Virus record (IMG/VR): IMGVR_UViG_3300040801_002299
Direction: 5' to 3' (one strand)
From: an uncultured virus (IMG/VR IMGVR_UViG_3300040801_002299)
Lineage: Duplodnaviria > Heunggongvirae > Uroviricota > Caudoviricetes
Length of the DNA: 64,000 nt
Part shown: one piece after another, positions 21,101 to 29,857 of the stretch
Position numbering within the stretch: the stretch's first letter is position 1
Layout: the number at the start of each line of letters is the position of its first letter
Notes under the pieces: model-generated
What the model saw: only the letters and a program-made list of their open reading frames with translations
Database searches by the model: none
What the model was told of the DNA's origin: nothing
Position numbers and translations under genes: made by a program

Positions 21101-24100
21101 TACATTTGGATTTACTGCATAATCAATAAGAGTTCCATCTCCACTGATAGATGCAAATCGATTTCTTGTAACAGAACCTCCACCATCATCTATTGTAGTG
21201 AAGCTGCCGGCAGTATGTATAATATCCCTATCAGGATCGTATTTAACTGCGTAAACGGCTCCATTAGCTTCTGCAAAATTTAATGAACTACAATCTGCTC
21301 CACTAAGAGCCGCAAGATAACTCTTGGTTGCGTCACCATTAGTTGTATTAAACGCACCACCAACATAAATTTTATCTCTTGCATAATCAATATCTATTGA
21401 ATAAACATCACTACCAAAATCTGGATTCACTGCATAATCTATAAGAGTTCCATCTCCACTAATAGCTGCGAATCTGTTTCTTGTTTGATTATTAACTTGA
21501 GTAAAGTTTCCACCAACATAATATATGTTTCTATTGATATCTTTTTTGATAGTTCTAATAGTACTATTAAACTTAGGTGCTATTACAGAAAGTTCTTCAG
21601 TTTCAGAATCTATTATTGAAAATCTTTCAATACTTCTAAAAATATTATTAAACTGACCACCAAAATTGATTCGATCATTAATAACGTCTCTTTCTATTGC
21701 ATAAACAGTACTATCGAATTGAATATCTTCAACATCATCTATTACATTCATAGAGCTATCAAAAACAACATATCTATTCTTGGTAAATGATGCTGATGTT
21801 GAGACTGTTGTAAACTGACCTCCCACATAAACATCATTTGTATTACTATCTACATCAATATCCCATACAGTACTATTGAAAGTTGGATTGTTTGTAAAAC
21901 TAATAAGATTTAATGTGGACGCATCTATAACAGCAAATCGGCTTCTTGAATTACCAAAGAATGATGTATATTGACCTCCAACGTAAATACGATCATTATT
22001 GCTATCATATTTAACTGCATAGCACGTTGAACTTGCATCTCCAGGAGTTGAAATTACAGATCCATCTGCTGCATTGAGGACACAGAAATATGACTTTGTT
22101 GAGTCACTATTAACAGAGAAGAATTGACCAGCAACATATAAACGATTTCTTGCTGAATCGAACTCAATATCTCTAATAGCACCTCCAAAGTTTGGATTTA
22201 CTGCATAATCAATAAGAGTTCCATCCCCACTGATTGCAGCAAAGTTACTTCTACTTTGACCATATACAGAGCTAAATGAACCACCAATATAATAGATATC
22301 ATTTGCTTCGTCTTTTGCTACTGTATACACTGTCCCTCCACCAAACACTGGTTGTAAATTTGTCAAATCATTTGGGACAACAGTCGTATCAATTTCCATG
22401 AATCTGTTTACTGGACTCTGGGATTGTGTAAATGATCCTCCCACATACACATTTCCAGATGGATCATAATCAATATCAAAAATTAAATTATTGAAGTTTG
22501 GATTACTACCACTTAAACTTAGTAATTCTGCATCAACGCCATTTAGTGCTGCAAAATTTTGGCGAATAAGACTGTTACATTCTGTAAATGTTCCACCTAC
22601 ATAAATTTTGTCTTGATTAGGATCATACGTTACTGCATAAATTGAACTATTGAAAGAAGGGTTAGTTGTATAATCAATAAGAGTTCCATCTCCACTGATT
22701 GATGCAAAATAATTTCTTGAATCTGCACCACTTCCAGCATCAACTGTAGTAAAATCTCCACCTATATGAATTATGTTTCTGGTTTCATCAATTGAAATAG
22801 AACGAACAATATTGTTGAACTCTGGGTTATTTCCAATATCTAATAATGTTCCAGAACCATTGAATGCAGCGAAACGGACTCTTGGAATTGATGAAATTTG
22901 AGTAAAGTTTCCACCAATATAATAGATATCTCTCGTACTATCCCAAGCAACAGTTTCGATTGTGCTATCTGAAAGTAAATCAACTTCAATAATTTCAGTT
23001 GTGGTCTTATCAATTTTTGCAATTCTCTGAATAACACCTTCTTCATTAGCAGTAAAATCACCAACAACATAAATATTTCCATCTGATGGATCATAAGCAA
23101 CATCACGAGCAATTAAATTAAGAGAAGGATTATTAGTGTAAGTAATTACAGTGCCGTCAGAATTAAGAGCAGCAAATCTCTTACGGAAATAAGAAACTGA
23201 ATTAACTACCACATTTGTAAAATCGCCAACAATAAAAATTTCAGAACCATCAGGCTTAACATCAATTGCTGTTATTGTTCCTGAAACAGAAGGATCATCG
23301 ATTGACAAGCTAGTTAACGTATCATTGTTTATAGCAGCAAATCTACTTCTACTGTTTCCAGCCACGTTTAAGAATTCACCTCCAATGTAAACATTATCTG
23401 TTATAGGATCATGCTTAACTGCGTGGACTGCCCCATCTACTGTTGGTTGTGACACTTGAGTTCCATTTAAGTATGAATCATAGAAACCAGTGAATGCACC
23501 ACCAATGTACACCTGTCCACTTCCATCTACATCAATATCATAAACTTCACCATCGAATGATGGGTTGACTGTGTAGTTGGCAAGAACATTATCTCCACTC
23601 AATGCTGCAAATCGATTTCTTGTTTCTCCAAGTACTTTGGTAAATGTACCACCAATATAGGTAATGTCATTGCTTGGATCTCTCGCAACAGTGTTGATTC
23701 GTCCATTTGTTAGATAAGCAAATTGAGATTGGACTGATGTGTTTTTATTTGCAATAGTATTTCTATATTTCGCATTTGATGTTTGTGTAAATGCACCACC
23801 CAGATGAATGTTTCCAGTTGAGTAGTCAATATCAATCGAATTGATATCTCCATTGAAATTAATAGTCGTGTCGATTGGAGTTCCATCGCCACTTAATGCG
23901 ACAAATCTATTTCTTATCAAATCTGTATCATATGTCGTAAACTGACCACCAGCATATAAATGACCATTTAAGTTATTTCTTACAATAGAATTTACATTCC
24001 CGTCAAAATTTGTCACTGGACTTAGTATTTGGTTTCCTGAAGAATCTACTGTAGCAACATAATTATAACCTGATCCATTGTAGTTTGTAAACGATCCGCC

Positions 24101-24868
24101 AAATATAGCATTACCACTCGCATCAGTAGTAATAGAATTCACAGGACCATTAGCAGACGCGAGGAAATTAGGATCTAGGTTCGGTGTTGAAGGAGCACTT
24201 GCCGCAGATGTTTGAACGCTTGGTCCTACTACAAATTCATCTAATATTTTAGATCCACCAGCACCAGTTATATTACAATCGCCATTCGCATATAAGATTA
24301 AATGGTGATTTTCATCATATGTATTATTTACATAATCAAATGTTAAATTCAATCTTCCATCAGCCCCTGAGGCATAAGGACTTGCCACATCATTTGAGCA
24401 GAACGGACATGCTTGATAAAGATCTTCTACTTCTATCGATATGCTACCGTTTATTTCATAATAACCAAGGCCACTTGGTGCCCAAGTATATGCTGAACTG
24501 GTATCTATGGTAACTGGAGTAATGCCACCAGTGATACAATCTGAACCTGTAGGCGTTAATGTCAATCTTGTGTTTTCATCGACAATAGCTAAGCAAACAT
24601 CATCATCAGCATAAACTGTCTGTGCGATATATGCAGAACCTGTTGCAGCGACAGTTACTTCTGCTAAAATAAGATCACATGTTGCTGGAGCAGCCCCTCC
24701 AGTATCCCCATTTCTATAGATAATAATGTGATGATCAAGAACAGGGTCAGTATTAATGTAACTGAATTCGGTTGAAAATTTAACATAATCTCCTGACGCT
24801 GATACTACGCTTGGGGTGCAATACTGCCCACCTGATATGTCTTCAGCAGTGAACCAATTTTTAGGCAT
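15110..24868 (-). CDS. giant beta-propeller repeat protein (putative virion fibre/adhesin)
   Basis: Dozens of roughly 50-aa repeats (FNSxVYxI...IYVGGxFT...RNRFAAI); Cys-rich termini; P-domain-like segment near the C-terminus. Confidence 0.85.
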   Translation of the reverse strand: MPKNWFTAEDISGGQYCTPSVVSASGDYVKFSTEFSYINTDPVLDHHIIIYRNGDTGGAAPATCDLILAEVTVAATGSAYIAQTVYADDDVCLAIVDENTRLTLTPTGSDCITGGITPVTIDTSSAYTWAPSGLGYYEINGSISIEVEDLYQACPFCSNDVASPYASGADGRLNLTFDYVNNTYDENHHLILYANGDCNITGAGGSKILDEFVVGPSVQTSAASAPSTPNLDPNFLASANGPVNSITTDASGNAIFGGSFTNYNGSGYNYVATVDSSGNQILSPVTNFDGNVNSIVRNNLNGHLYAGGQFTTYDTDLIRNRFVALSGDGTPIDTTINFNGDINSIDIDYSTGNIHLGGAFTQTSNAKYRNTIANKNTSVQSQFAYLTNGRINTVARDPSNDITYIGGTFTKVLGETRNRFAALSGDNVLANYTVNPSFDGEVYDIDVDGSGQVYIGGAFTGFYDSYLNGTQVSQPTVDGAVHAVKHDPITDNVYIGGEFLNVAGNSRSRFAAINNDTLTSLSIDDPSVSGTITAIDVKPDGSEIFIVGDFTNVVVNSVSYFRKRFAALNSDGTVITYTNNPSLNLIARDVAYDPSDGNIYVVGDFTANEEGVIQRIAKIDKTTTEIIEVDLLSDSTIETVAWDSTRDIYYIGGNFTQISSIPRVRFAAFNGSGTLLDIGNNPEFNNIVRSISIDETRNIIHIGGDFTTVDAGSGADSRNYFASISGDGTLIDYTTNPSFNSSIYAVTYDPNQDKIYVGGTFTECNSLIRQNFAALNGVDAELLSLSGSNPNFNNLIFDIDYDPSGNVYVGGSFTQSQSPVNRFMEIDTTVVPNDLTNLQPVFGGGTVYTVAKDEANDIYYIGGSFSSVYGQSRSNFAAISGDGTLIDYAVNPNFGGAIRDIEFDSARNRLYVAGQFFSVNSDSTKSYFCVLNAADGSVISTPGDASSTCYAVKYDSNNDRIYVGGQYTSFFGNSRSRFAVIDASTLNLISFTNNPTFNSTVWDIDVDSNTNDVYVGGQFTTVSTSASFTKNRYVVFDSSMNVIDDVEDIQFDSTVYAIERDVINDRINFGGQFNNIFRSIERFSIIDSETEELSVIAPKFNSTIRTIKKDINRNIYYVGGNFTQVNNQTRNRFAAISGDGTLIDYAVNPDFGSDVYSIDIDYARDKIYVGGAFNTTNGDATKSYLAALSGADCSSLNFAEANGAVYAVKYDPDRDIIHTAGSFTTIDDGGGSVTRNRFASISGDGTLIDYAVNPNVNSVVYTLDFDSINGDIYLGGAFTTVNGTERRYYAVLDEDANLKTLPTTYQPGFNSTVEALYRDETNDKVYMTGGFNASFESADRFVELNANTREKVSNLNATFNNRVYKALKDESRDIYYFCGDFTFVNGQSRNRFAAISGDGTLIDYAVNPSLNNDALDMIQDPVNDRIYIGGQFTVVNGLFSTHNYLVGINRSDGSIYNLPRPNSWVTTLDYNGPNTLYIGGLFTDINDGASNTRNRFAVIDISGSSVINYATNVSFNSSVYAVEYDSVNDRVYIGGDFGFVDDSTGSSLVRTRFAALDLSTNNFVDYSTNPDVAGRITEIKYDSGNDEILIGGSFIEINSDTSYVRMVSMDPSDATFTSFAGPDNSVEEIEIDTVNDRIYIVGTFDSVDGDINQRYWATYDRSTKQLLEAKTPLANRAFTALYEPSTDNIILAGDFLDINYFLRDRFAAISGSGDFLTDSTDISLSSTGYSINYDETKDVVYVGGAFSSVNGNSDVSYVAAISGGDTLLPFKSGLNNNVFAIEIDNDDLVLGGTFTQGNSRTFNGAVSISGDNKTVLHDNLGIGTNVYDIVTDYANDIIYYGGSFTNVGGDAEKDYVISFNGSDFSQNSNYSKYPNSTVWGLHFDQTLDTLSVLGQFTLSEPVATRNRYAGFDSGGEFFTGEGTINSIVNTVKYNSDNGNVLLGGSFTLPSGYFLEMTNGITESPTSSGLVFSSSIQSIEIDDSSGDIYYGGAFTAIGNEVLRISQYDKNTGTLQPINVSVNNNGVLAVKKDTTRNIIYIGGSFTEVNGQTRNRFAAISGDGNLIDYNFNPDFDNVVYSLDVDETTGEIFVGGGFTSVTTSGGSQTRNRFAIVNSDGTLKDFSVNPGFDNFVYSVNYDDTQDTVYCGGAFATVTDVSGSNSASRLAALSGGGEFFSNYPNQPALINSNVYNIEFDNANDRVYIGGVFSSIDGNGDYSRFAALNKSDLSLITSRPLLQFNNFIGLYGGISVNPNNGRVYIGGQFTSASTPSGPFTRNRFAAVDVNGNLIDYSTNPDFNSIIYSLGYDSSTDIVYPVGLFAEVNSEARLQFAAISGSNGELLETPSIGFTNGSTFAIEIDGDELTIGGSYTTGNAEPSLRFAKTDSLFNPQSVNFAFNNQVRDIAIGNDIHAVGYFTDSGNLTSLSYYVGLTSGGITDLSLPSGFNNRVRTVDVDEIDNVLYFGGDFTNYNNSGINYAVSISGGNVSSFDIDVNNSVYDILVENDDVYAVGEFTEGEYVDRSRYAVLDSSFNLIDYPTNPSFDGIVNAVKYDPVNDRVHVAGAFTTVNSSGSVGFASLSGSGEIVDYTSLNLGTFTTGRSIALDVTNNRVIVGGESSTTSNALWAINTSGGSTSLDPGFNSAVYALDIESDRDILYVGGNFTVPYNYLVGLNLDGTLNTSFNSHINNTVRSLKDSAEYDITYVGGDFTDANGSADRLTSIRNISDITTCTPSVSAVSLFGQSENGVCFMILEESVYNSTVVQNASGSFMTCEGISACRNPCSTTVDTSAFVPGTPESTEGTPRNYSVPDIPSSWSSNTYIENGESEVNINESSQLDMSSISLEIELFTDNFAGSETELVIESPEGTTHNESLTDNEFGSVFNYNGITTFSGDTNSNGFWKVYFIDSYGDGGAEGYNITLTFDNGFIIPATSGGIVVTTTETSSDCGYIFEPGGCGTACEESVILVPPGGECPTPLSPLERDDNGINREQECPPVCGPGDDGGIGEVQPDPENGGGGGPGQPAAQNEDGTIFISDPIPDPSTACVNDVSVTAIATAIDGSVDGTDITWDVTRNGAAYNNVNIVTDGQSSTCTPNDSAPGDVFVFTASVTINGNVLQDSTTVKVAEAPTLVNVELIRRQPSEDGVGCFWEVNFVVNIDESMDPADCTLAPNVNWKFTPEGPNLGNPAVTGTANWGAGVAEAAVNGVKKVTYRATFDTDCHGPVEITNDPFTFTDACNQTVQGNSNDNYCECCTQAGP

Positions 24869-25040
24869 TCAAAACTCCAAATTGCATTGATTTATGACAA
24901 AACATATTTATAAACTCTTGCACCATAAGTGCTATGTTATATATTATCAGATATCTATATTTTTTCAGATAAGGGACAGAAGAAAAATAATCTTGACTAT
25001 GACTGGAATCTGATAGAATGTGCGTGTAAGGAGAAACGAT

Positions 25041-25358
25041 ATGCCAGGACCAATGACCCCTGATGAGATCTCTGAGGCTAAGGCCAAACTCATCCCAGAT
25101 TACATTTTTGACGCTTTCAATAGACTCATTACTCAAAAGTGGAATGGGACTCGGGCGAGATTTACTCAAGATGAAGTCTTAGAAATGATCGCTGAGGATG
25201 AGCGTTGTATGTTCATCCGACAAGAGATTTTTGATAATCATCTACTCGACGTTGAACCTGCTTATCGGGCAGTTGGATGGCTTGTTGAGTTTGAGTATCA
25301 AAAGCCTAAATACTATGAAACATTTACTGCTTACTTTACATTCATGAAGAAAGGATAA
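25041..25358 (+). CDS. phage hypothetical protein
   Basis: Promoter 24993, AAGGAG SD. Confidence 0.75.
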   Translation: MPGPMTPDEISEAKAKLIPDYIFDAFNRLITQKWNGTRARFTQDEVLEMIAEDERCMFIRQEIFDNHLLDVEPAYRAVGWLVEFEYQKPKYYETFTAYFTFMKKG

Positions 25359-25360
25359 CC

Positions 25361-25561
25361 ATGGAAGTATCTGATAAAAGAACTGTTACACTCACTGCTG
25401 ATGAAGTGAACAAAATCATCTTGGACCATATTGGTGCTAAGGATGGAAATGTTAATTATGTCATTGAAGAAGTTGGTGGTGATCCCATGGATCGTTTTCC
25501 TGGGACTGATACAGTGACCAAAGTCCGCGTAACCTACGACATTACTAAGGAAATCAAGTGA
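25361..25561 (+). CDS. hypothetical protein
   Basis: AAGGA SD. Confidence 0.65.
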   Translation: MEVSDKRTVTLTADEVNKIILDHIGAKDGNVNYVIEEVGGDPMDRFPGTDTVTKVRVTYDITKEIK

Positions 25562-25782
25562 CCACCCTGGAAGAATTGGTTGGTAAAGAGACTGTTCTTG
25601 CTTGGGCCGCAGCAGGTGCAGAATACATTCAGCGTAGTGGCTGGTGGATTCTTAAAGGGGAAGCATTTACTCCTTGCGGATTATACAAAGATATGTATCC
25701 TAAGCTTTACGAATCAAATGAAGATTATTTTGATCTTCCAACCATAGACCTCAGGGAGTACCCCAATGACTTTTCAAGTTAA
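25558..25782 (+). CDS. hypothetical protein
   Basis: GTGA overlap with the upstream stop. Confidence 0.55.
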   Translation: MTTLEELVGKETVLAWAAAGAEYIQRSGWWILKGEAFTPCGLYKDMYPKLYESNEDYFDLPTIDLREYPNDFSS

Positions 25783-26707
25783 ACGCTTTGACTCTAGTGA
25801 CACTAACGTTGCTAAGTATGTTTTCTCCAACGATGATGCTGTGGTGGAAGCTGTCCTCTACAAGTATCCAACTTATGAGGAGCGTACTGTCATCTGTTGT
25901 TCAACCATGAGTGGTTGTCCTGTTGGGTGTCGTTTCTGTGGCACTGGTGATTACTATGTGCGTAATATGAAAGCTGATGAGATCGTCTTCCAAGTCGATT
26001 CGATGCTGTTTGATAAGAACATTGATGCGTCACAAATCCAACGTTTCCAAATTATGTTCATGTCGATGGGTGAACCCATGCTCAACTTCAAGGAGTTGGA
26101 GAAAGCCATTCGCATCTTGAATGAGAAGTATCCTCAAGCTGCTTTGCTTATCTCGACTTCTGCACCAGACGTTAGCTATGATGCTGTCAATCGCCTGTCT
26201 GCCGAAATCGATAAGGTTGGCCTCCAGTTCAGCGTTCATGAAAGTACTGACGAAGCTCGCAACAAGCTGGTTCCATTCAAAGCCAAGCTTGATCTTGCTG
26301 GTATTGCAGCGAAGGGGGAGGACTGGTTCATGGCATCTGGTCGCAAGCCATTCTTCAACTATTGTGCCCATGAACATAACGTCTCTGATGCAGACGTAGA
26401 GCGTCTAAGAGCACTTTTCGATCCAGCAGTATGGGAATGTACCATCAGTGTTGTTTGTGAGCGAGACGAGTCTGTAGCTGCGGCAAACGCACGACAAGAA
26501 CAGCTTGCCGCTGATTTTGCTCAAAAGATGCTCGCTCAAGGTTATGGTGTTCGCACGTTCAACCCTGCAGGTCAAGATGACATCGGAGGCGGATGTGGGC
26601 AATTATGGTTTGTTCAGGATTGGATGGCTAAGAACCCTGAGAAAGCTAAGAGATCAGTTGGGTTTGGTCTGGATAAAGTTCATACCCCTGCAGCAAATTG
26701 TGCGTGA
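25766..26707 (+). CDS. RlmN/Cfr-family radical SAM enzyme (N-terminally short)
   Basis: CPVGCRFC, MSMGEP, QFSVH, DIGGGCGQL motifs. Confidence 0.9.
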   Translation: MTFQVKRFDSSDTNVAKYVFSNDDAVVEAVLYKYPTYEERTVICCSTMSGCPVGCRFCGTGDYYVRNMKADEIVFQVDSMLFDKNIDASQIQRFQIMFMSMGEPMLNFKELEKAIRILNEKYPQAALLISTSAPDVSYDAVNRLSAEIDKVGLQFSVHESTDEARNKLVPFKAKLDLAGIAAKGEDWFMASGRKPFFNYCAHEHNVSDADVERLRALFDPAVWECTISVVCERDESVAAANARQEQLAADFAQKMLAQGYGVRTFNPAGQDDIGGGCGQLWFVQDWMAKNPEKAKRSVGFGLDKVHTPAANCA

Positions 26708-26718
26708 AAGGAAATTAG

Positions 26719-27246
26719 ATGTATTTAATTATTATATCTTTATTACTTGCGGTGATCGCTTCCAGTCTAGCATTTTGGCATACGAAGAAGAATTATAATA
26801 TTGAAGGGAATCGGTTTTTTATTTTCTTTTCTGGGCTTGGTACATTTGGATTGTTGTTTGTATTTTCTACACTTGTGTCATTAAATGTTGCTACACAAAT
26901 CCTTCAAACTAACAAAAATGATATTACAAACTACGATCTTGTCAGCGAAGAAACTATTGTGGCATTGAAAAATTCTTCAACACTCAATGGTCATGGGTTT
27001 ATATTTCTATCAATTAACAGCCAAGAAGAATACGTTTATTATGTTGAGTTAAATGATGGTTCTTATGTTCAGAGATCAATTCCAACTAATATGGCTAGAA
27101 TCATTGAGGATAATGACGTAACACCTAGAATTGAACGCTGGCAATATACCATAGATTCTAATTGGGTCATTAAACAATTAAGTACTAGCTTATATAAATT
27201 TTATATTCCTGAAGGATCTTTGGTTAGAGAGTTTCACATAGAGTAA
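26719..27246 (+). CDS. membrane protein
   Basis: Two TMs then soluble beta domain. Confidence 0.7.
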   Translation: MYLIIISLLLAVIASSLAFWHTKKNYNIEGNRFFIFFSGLGTFGLLFVFSTLVSLNVATQILQTNKNDITNYDLVSEETIVALKNSSTLNGHGFIFLSINSQEEYVYYVELNDGSYVQRSIPTNMARIIEDNDVTPRIERWQYTIDSNWVIKQLSTSLYKFYIPEGSLVREFHIE

Positions 27247-27407
27247 CAATATGGATTTATTTGAAGATAAACTATTAAAATCTTTGCGTCTTATGATGAC
27301 ATTCAGACGTAGTGGAATAATCCCTTGGCAAGGTGGATATGTAGTTCCACGAGAAGAAGCAAGAAAAATCATTGCAGATCTTAGAAAATATAGGAGGTCA
27401 AAAGAAA

Positions 27408-27719
27408 ATGCATGCAGATGAAGCCAAAAAACTATATGAAGCAGCCCAACACGAAACTAAGGTTTTCGAAATTAAAGTCTCTCCAAATCTTTGGAACAGG
27501 ATCATGAATCGAATCGAACGAGCTGCTCGTGGTGGTAGGAGAGAAACTACGTTAAGTAGTATTAATGATGATGGAATTGGTGTTCGTGGGATTGGAACAT
27601 ATCTTTCTCCCAAGGTCCGTGATGATTTAATTGAAATGCTACAAGATCAAGGGTATACAGTTTCATTCAATACAATCAATATGGATTATAACAGAGAACT
27701 TATATATGTGAGGTGGTGA
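27408..27719 (+). CDS. hypothetical protein
   Basis: AGGAGG SD upstream of ATG 27408. Confidence 0.65.
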   Translation: MHADEAKKLYEAAQHETKVFEIKVSPNLWNRIMNRIERAARGGRRETTLSSINDDGIGVRGIGTYLSPKVRDDLIEMLQDQGYTVSFNTINMDYNRELIYVRW

Positions 27720-27902
27720 ATGCAATTTAGAACTATAGTTATAAACGATAAAGAAGTAAGATTGGAAGCGACTCATTATGGAGTAGATATTTTCGTAGAC
27801 GATGGATATCTAACTACAGTGTGGGAAGATGGAAAAGTCAAACCATATTCAGTTTGGCTGGATATTGGAGAATCAGAAGCAAAAAGGATATTGAATAAAT
27901 GA
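27720..27902 (+). CDS. hypothetical protein
   Basis: Abuts both neighbours. Confidence 0.55.
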   Translation: MQFRTIVINDKEVRLEATHYGVDIFVDDGYLTTVWEDGKVKPYSVWLDIGESEAKRILNK

Positions 27903-28381
27903 AAATTATATTTTTAGATATTGACGGTGTCCTTAACAACATGGCTGATGTTGCCAATAATGTTCATCTTGATCCATTCAAGGTATGCTTGCTAAACAAC
28001 CTCACCAAACAACATGATGCCCATATTATTATTAGTTCAACATGGCGAAGAATGTATAGCCTAGAAGAATTACAAAATCTATTATGGACTACTGGATTCT
28101 CCGCGAAAAAACGAATCATTGGTGTTACTCCAACTGGGCCTGAGTATGCATGTCGTGCTGAAGAGATTTGGGCAGCATACGAAGAACATGGTAATGGCGA
28201 TCCATATGTGATTCTTGATGATAATGAGATTATGAAAGACCACCATGAACACTGTAAGCACATGCTTGACCACTTTGTTCACACATATTATCCAGTCGGT
28301 TTATCCTGTAGAGAACTGAAGACTATAGACATGGTTCTCAATGGTGAAAAAATTAAAACTGAACCAGAAGATGATGATTGA
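27899..28381 (+). CDS. HAD-family phosphatase (Swiss-army-knife RNA repair type)
   Basis: FLDIDGVLN, ISSTWR, YVILDD. Confidence 0.85.
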   Translation: MKIIFLDIDGVLNNMADVANNVHLDPFKVCLLNNLTKQHDAHIIISSTWRRMYSLEELQNLLWTTGFSAKKRIIGVTPTGPEYACRAEEIWAAYEEHGNGDPYVILDDNEIMKDHHEHCKHMLDHFVHTYYPVGLSCRELKTIDMVLNGEKIKTEPEDDD

Positions 28382-28426
28382 CAGACCTACGATTCTCCAT
28401 ATAATCCACCCAGAAGGAGAAACACT

Positions 28427-28783
28427 ATGGGCTTTAACTCTACTCTCGTCGTGCTGAACGATGGACTCAACGAAATCCGAGACGACAAGGAATTTGGTCG
28501 TAAGGTACACGATGCCATTTTGCAACATGACCGATACAAGCGTTCGGGTCAAATCAATGACATTAGCTCTGGCTGCCATGCCAATGTTGCTTCTGTTGTT
28601 GATGTGCATCACGCAGACGAAACTGCTGTTATTGCTGTTGGAGGTAACTGTGGTACTGTTCTGACTACTACTTGGGAAGTCTCCCATCACGAAGATGTAG
28701 ACAAAGAACGCATAGTTCGCAAAATGGCAGAAGAACTTGGATACGATCTTCGTAAGAAGCCACAAAAAAGGAAAGTCTCATGA
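28427..28783 (+). CDS. phage hypothetical protein
   Basis: Promoter 28378 and AAGGAG SD. Confidence 0.75.
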   Translation: MGFNSTLVVLNDGLNEIRDDKEFGRKVHDAILQHDRYKRSGQINDISSGCHANVASVVDVHHADETAVIAVGGNCGTVLTTTWEVSHHEDVDKERIVRKMAEELGYDLRKKPQKRKVS

Positions 28784-28943
28784 GTAAGTGGATTGATTCA
28801 TCCGCCATTCGTAAAATCAAAAAAGATGAACGAATGTTGAGAAGTTGTGCCAAACGATCTGGGAAAAAGATCGATGGGTTTCAGCACGTTAATCATGGGA
28901 ATGGTGAAGTTACTACGTTCCCTCGATATAAGAAAGCCTAAAA

Positions 28944-29309
28944 ATGAAACTTGCATATGTAGTTTCTGGATTTGATCAAGTTGATGAAATCGACTTAGAC
29001 AATCTTGGAACTGAGGAAGAAATCGTCAGAAGTGAAAAAGATTGTGTTTATATTTTACTGACTTACCGTGGTGGAGGAGTGGAATATAAAGCATATCTCA
29101 GTCGTGATGATGCTGAAAAAGAAGTTAATAACCGGATCAAAGAGCGTGATTCTGTTTACGTTCTTTTTGTTAAATTGTATGACGTTGATGCCCTGTCATT
29201 TCATGGAATCTACAAAACACGCCAATCCGCAAAAACTGATTTTGAACGACTCCAAAAAGAATATGGATACTATTCTTACCACATTAAACCAGTAATTCCA
29301 AAGGAGTAA
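28944..29309 (+). CDS. hypothetical protein with internal duplication
   Basis: VYILL...AYLSRDDAE and VYVLF...IYKTRQSAK halves. Confidence 0.65.
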   Translation: MKLAYVVSGFDQVDEIDLDNLGTEEEIVRSEKDCVYILLTYRGGGVEYKAYLSRDDAEKEVNNRIKERDSVYVLFVKLYDVDALSFHGIYKTRQSAKTDFERLQKEYGYYSYHIKPVIPKE

Positions 29310-29311
29310 CC

Positions 29312-29641
29312 ATGACTGAATATTCTGGTCGTACTACTTGTTATGAACATAAGAAAGGGGATGGATGGAAAGAAACCCCTGGGGCAGGTAATGATTGTAT
29401 TCAGCAAGTGACTGTCTTTGAAGTGCAGTGGTCAAACTGCCCTGTTGAAGTTTGCGAAGAAGTACGGGAACTCTGGAAAGAGTATGGGTATGGAAATGAT
29501 CATTACTACCATTGGTGGGATGATTCTGAATCTGAAAGAGATGAAAATGGTGTTTCTGAGGCATCTGAATGTTATCCTATCATTGCAGACTATTTGCGTA
29601 GTCGCAACGTAACAAAGTGCTTGATCCATTGGTGGTGGTAA
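29312..29641 (+). CDS. hypothetical protein
   Basis: AAGGAG SD. Confidence 0.7.
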   Translation: MTEYSGRTTCYEHKKGDGWKETPGAGNDCIQQVTVFEVQWSNCPVEVCEEVRELWKEYGYGNDHYYHWWDDSESERDENGVSEASECYPIIADYLRSRNVTKCLIHWWW

Positions 29642-29642
29642 A

Positions 29643-29807
29643 ATGTATTTGTGTTCTTGTTTTGGAATCACAGAACAGCAAGTTAAAGATCTAGTTGATA
29701 AAGGTCTAACTTATGAAGAAATAAAAGAAGAACTAAAAATTTCTTCAAAATGTGGTGTATGTGGTACATACATTAAGAAATTCATCGACAGACAAAAGAA
29801 ATCTTGA
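29643..29807 (+). CDS. bfd: bacterioferritin-associated ferredoxin-like [2Fe-2S] protein, 54 aa (absent from the ORF track)
   Basis: Manual translation MYLCSCFGITEQQVK...SSKCGVCGTYIKK; CxC-x30-CxxC. Confidence 0.85.
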   Translation: MYLCSCFGITEQQVKDLVDKGLTYEEIKEELKISSKCGVCGTYIKKFIDRQKKS

Positions 29808-29857
29808 CAAATCATATCTTATCAATATGATCTACGCATAACCAAAAGGAGAACACT

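Noticed and set aside
15110..24868. Diversity-generating retroelement target
   Set aside because: No reverse transcriptase and no adenine-specific template/variable repeat pair seen in the window
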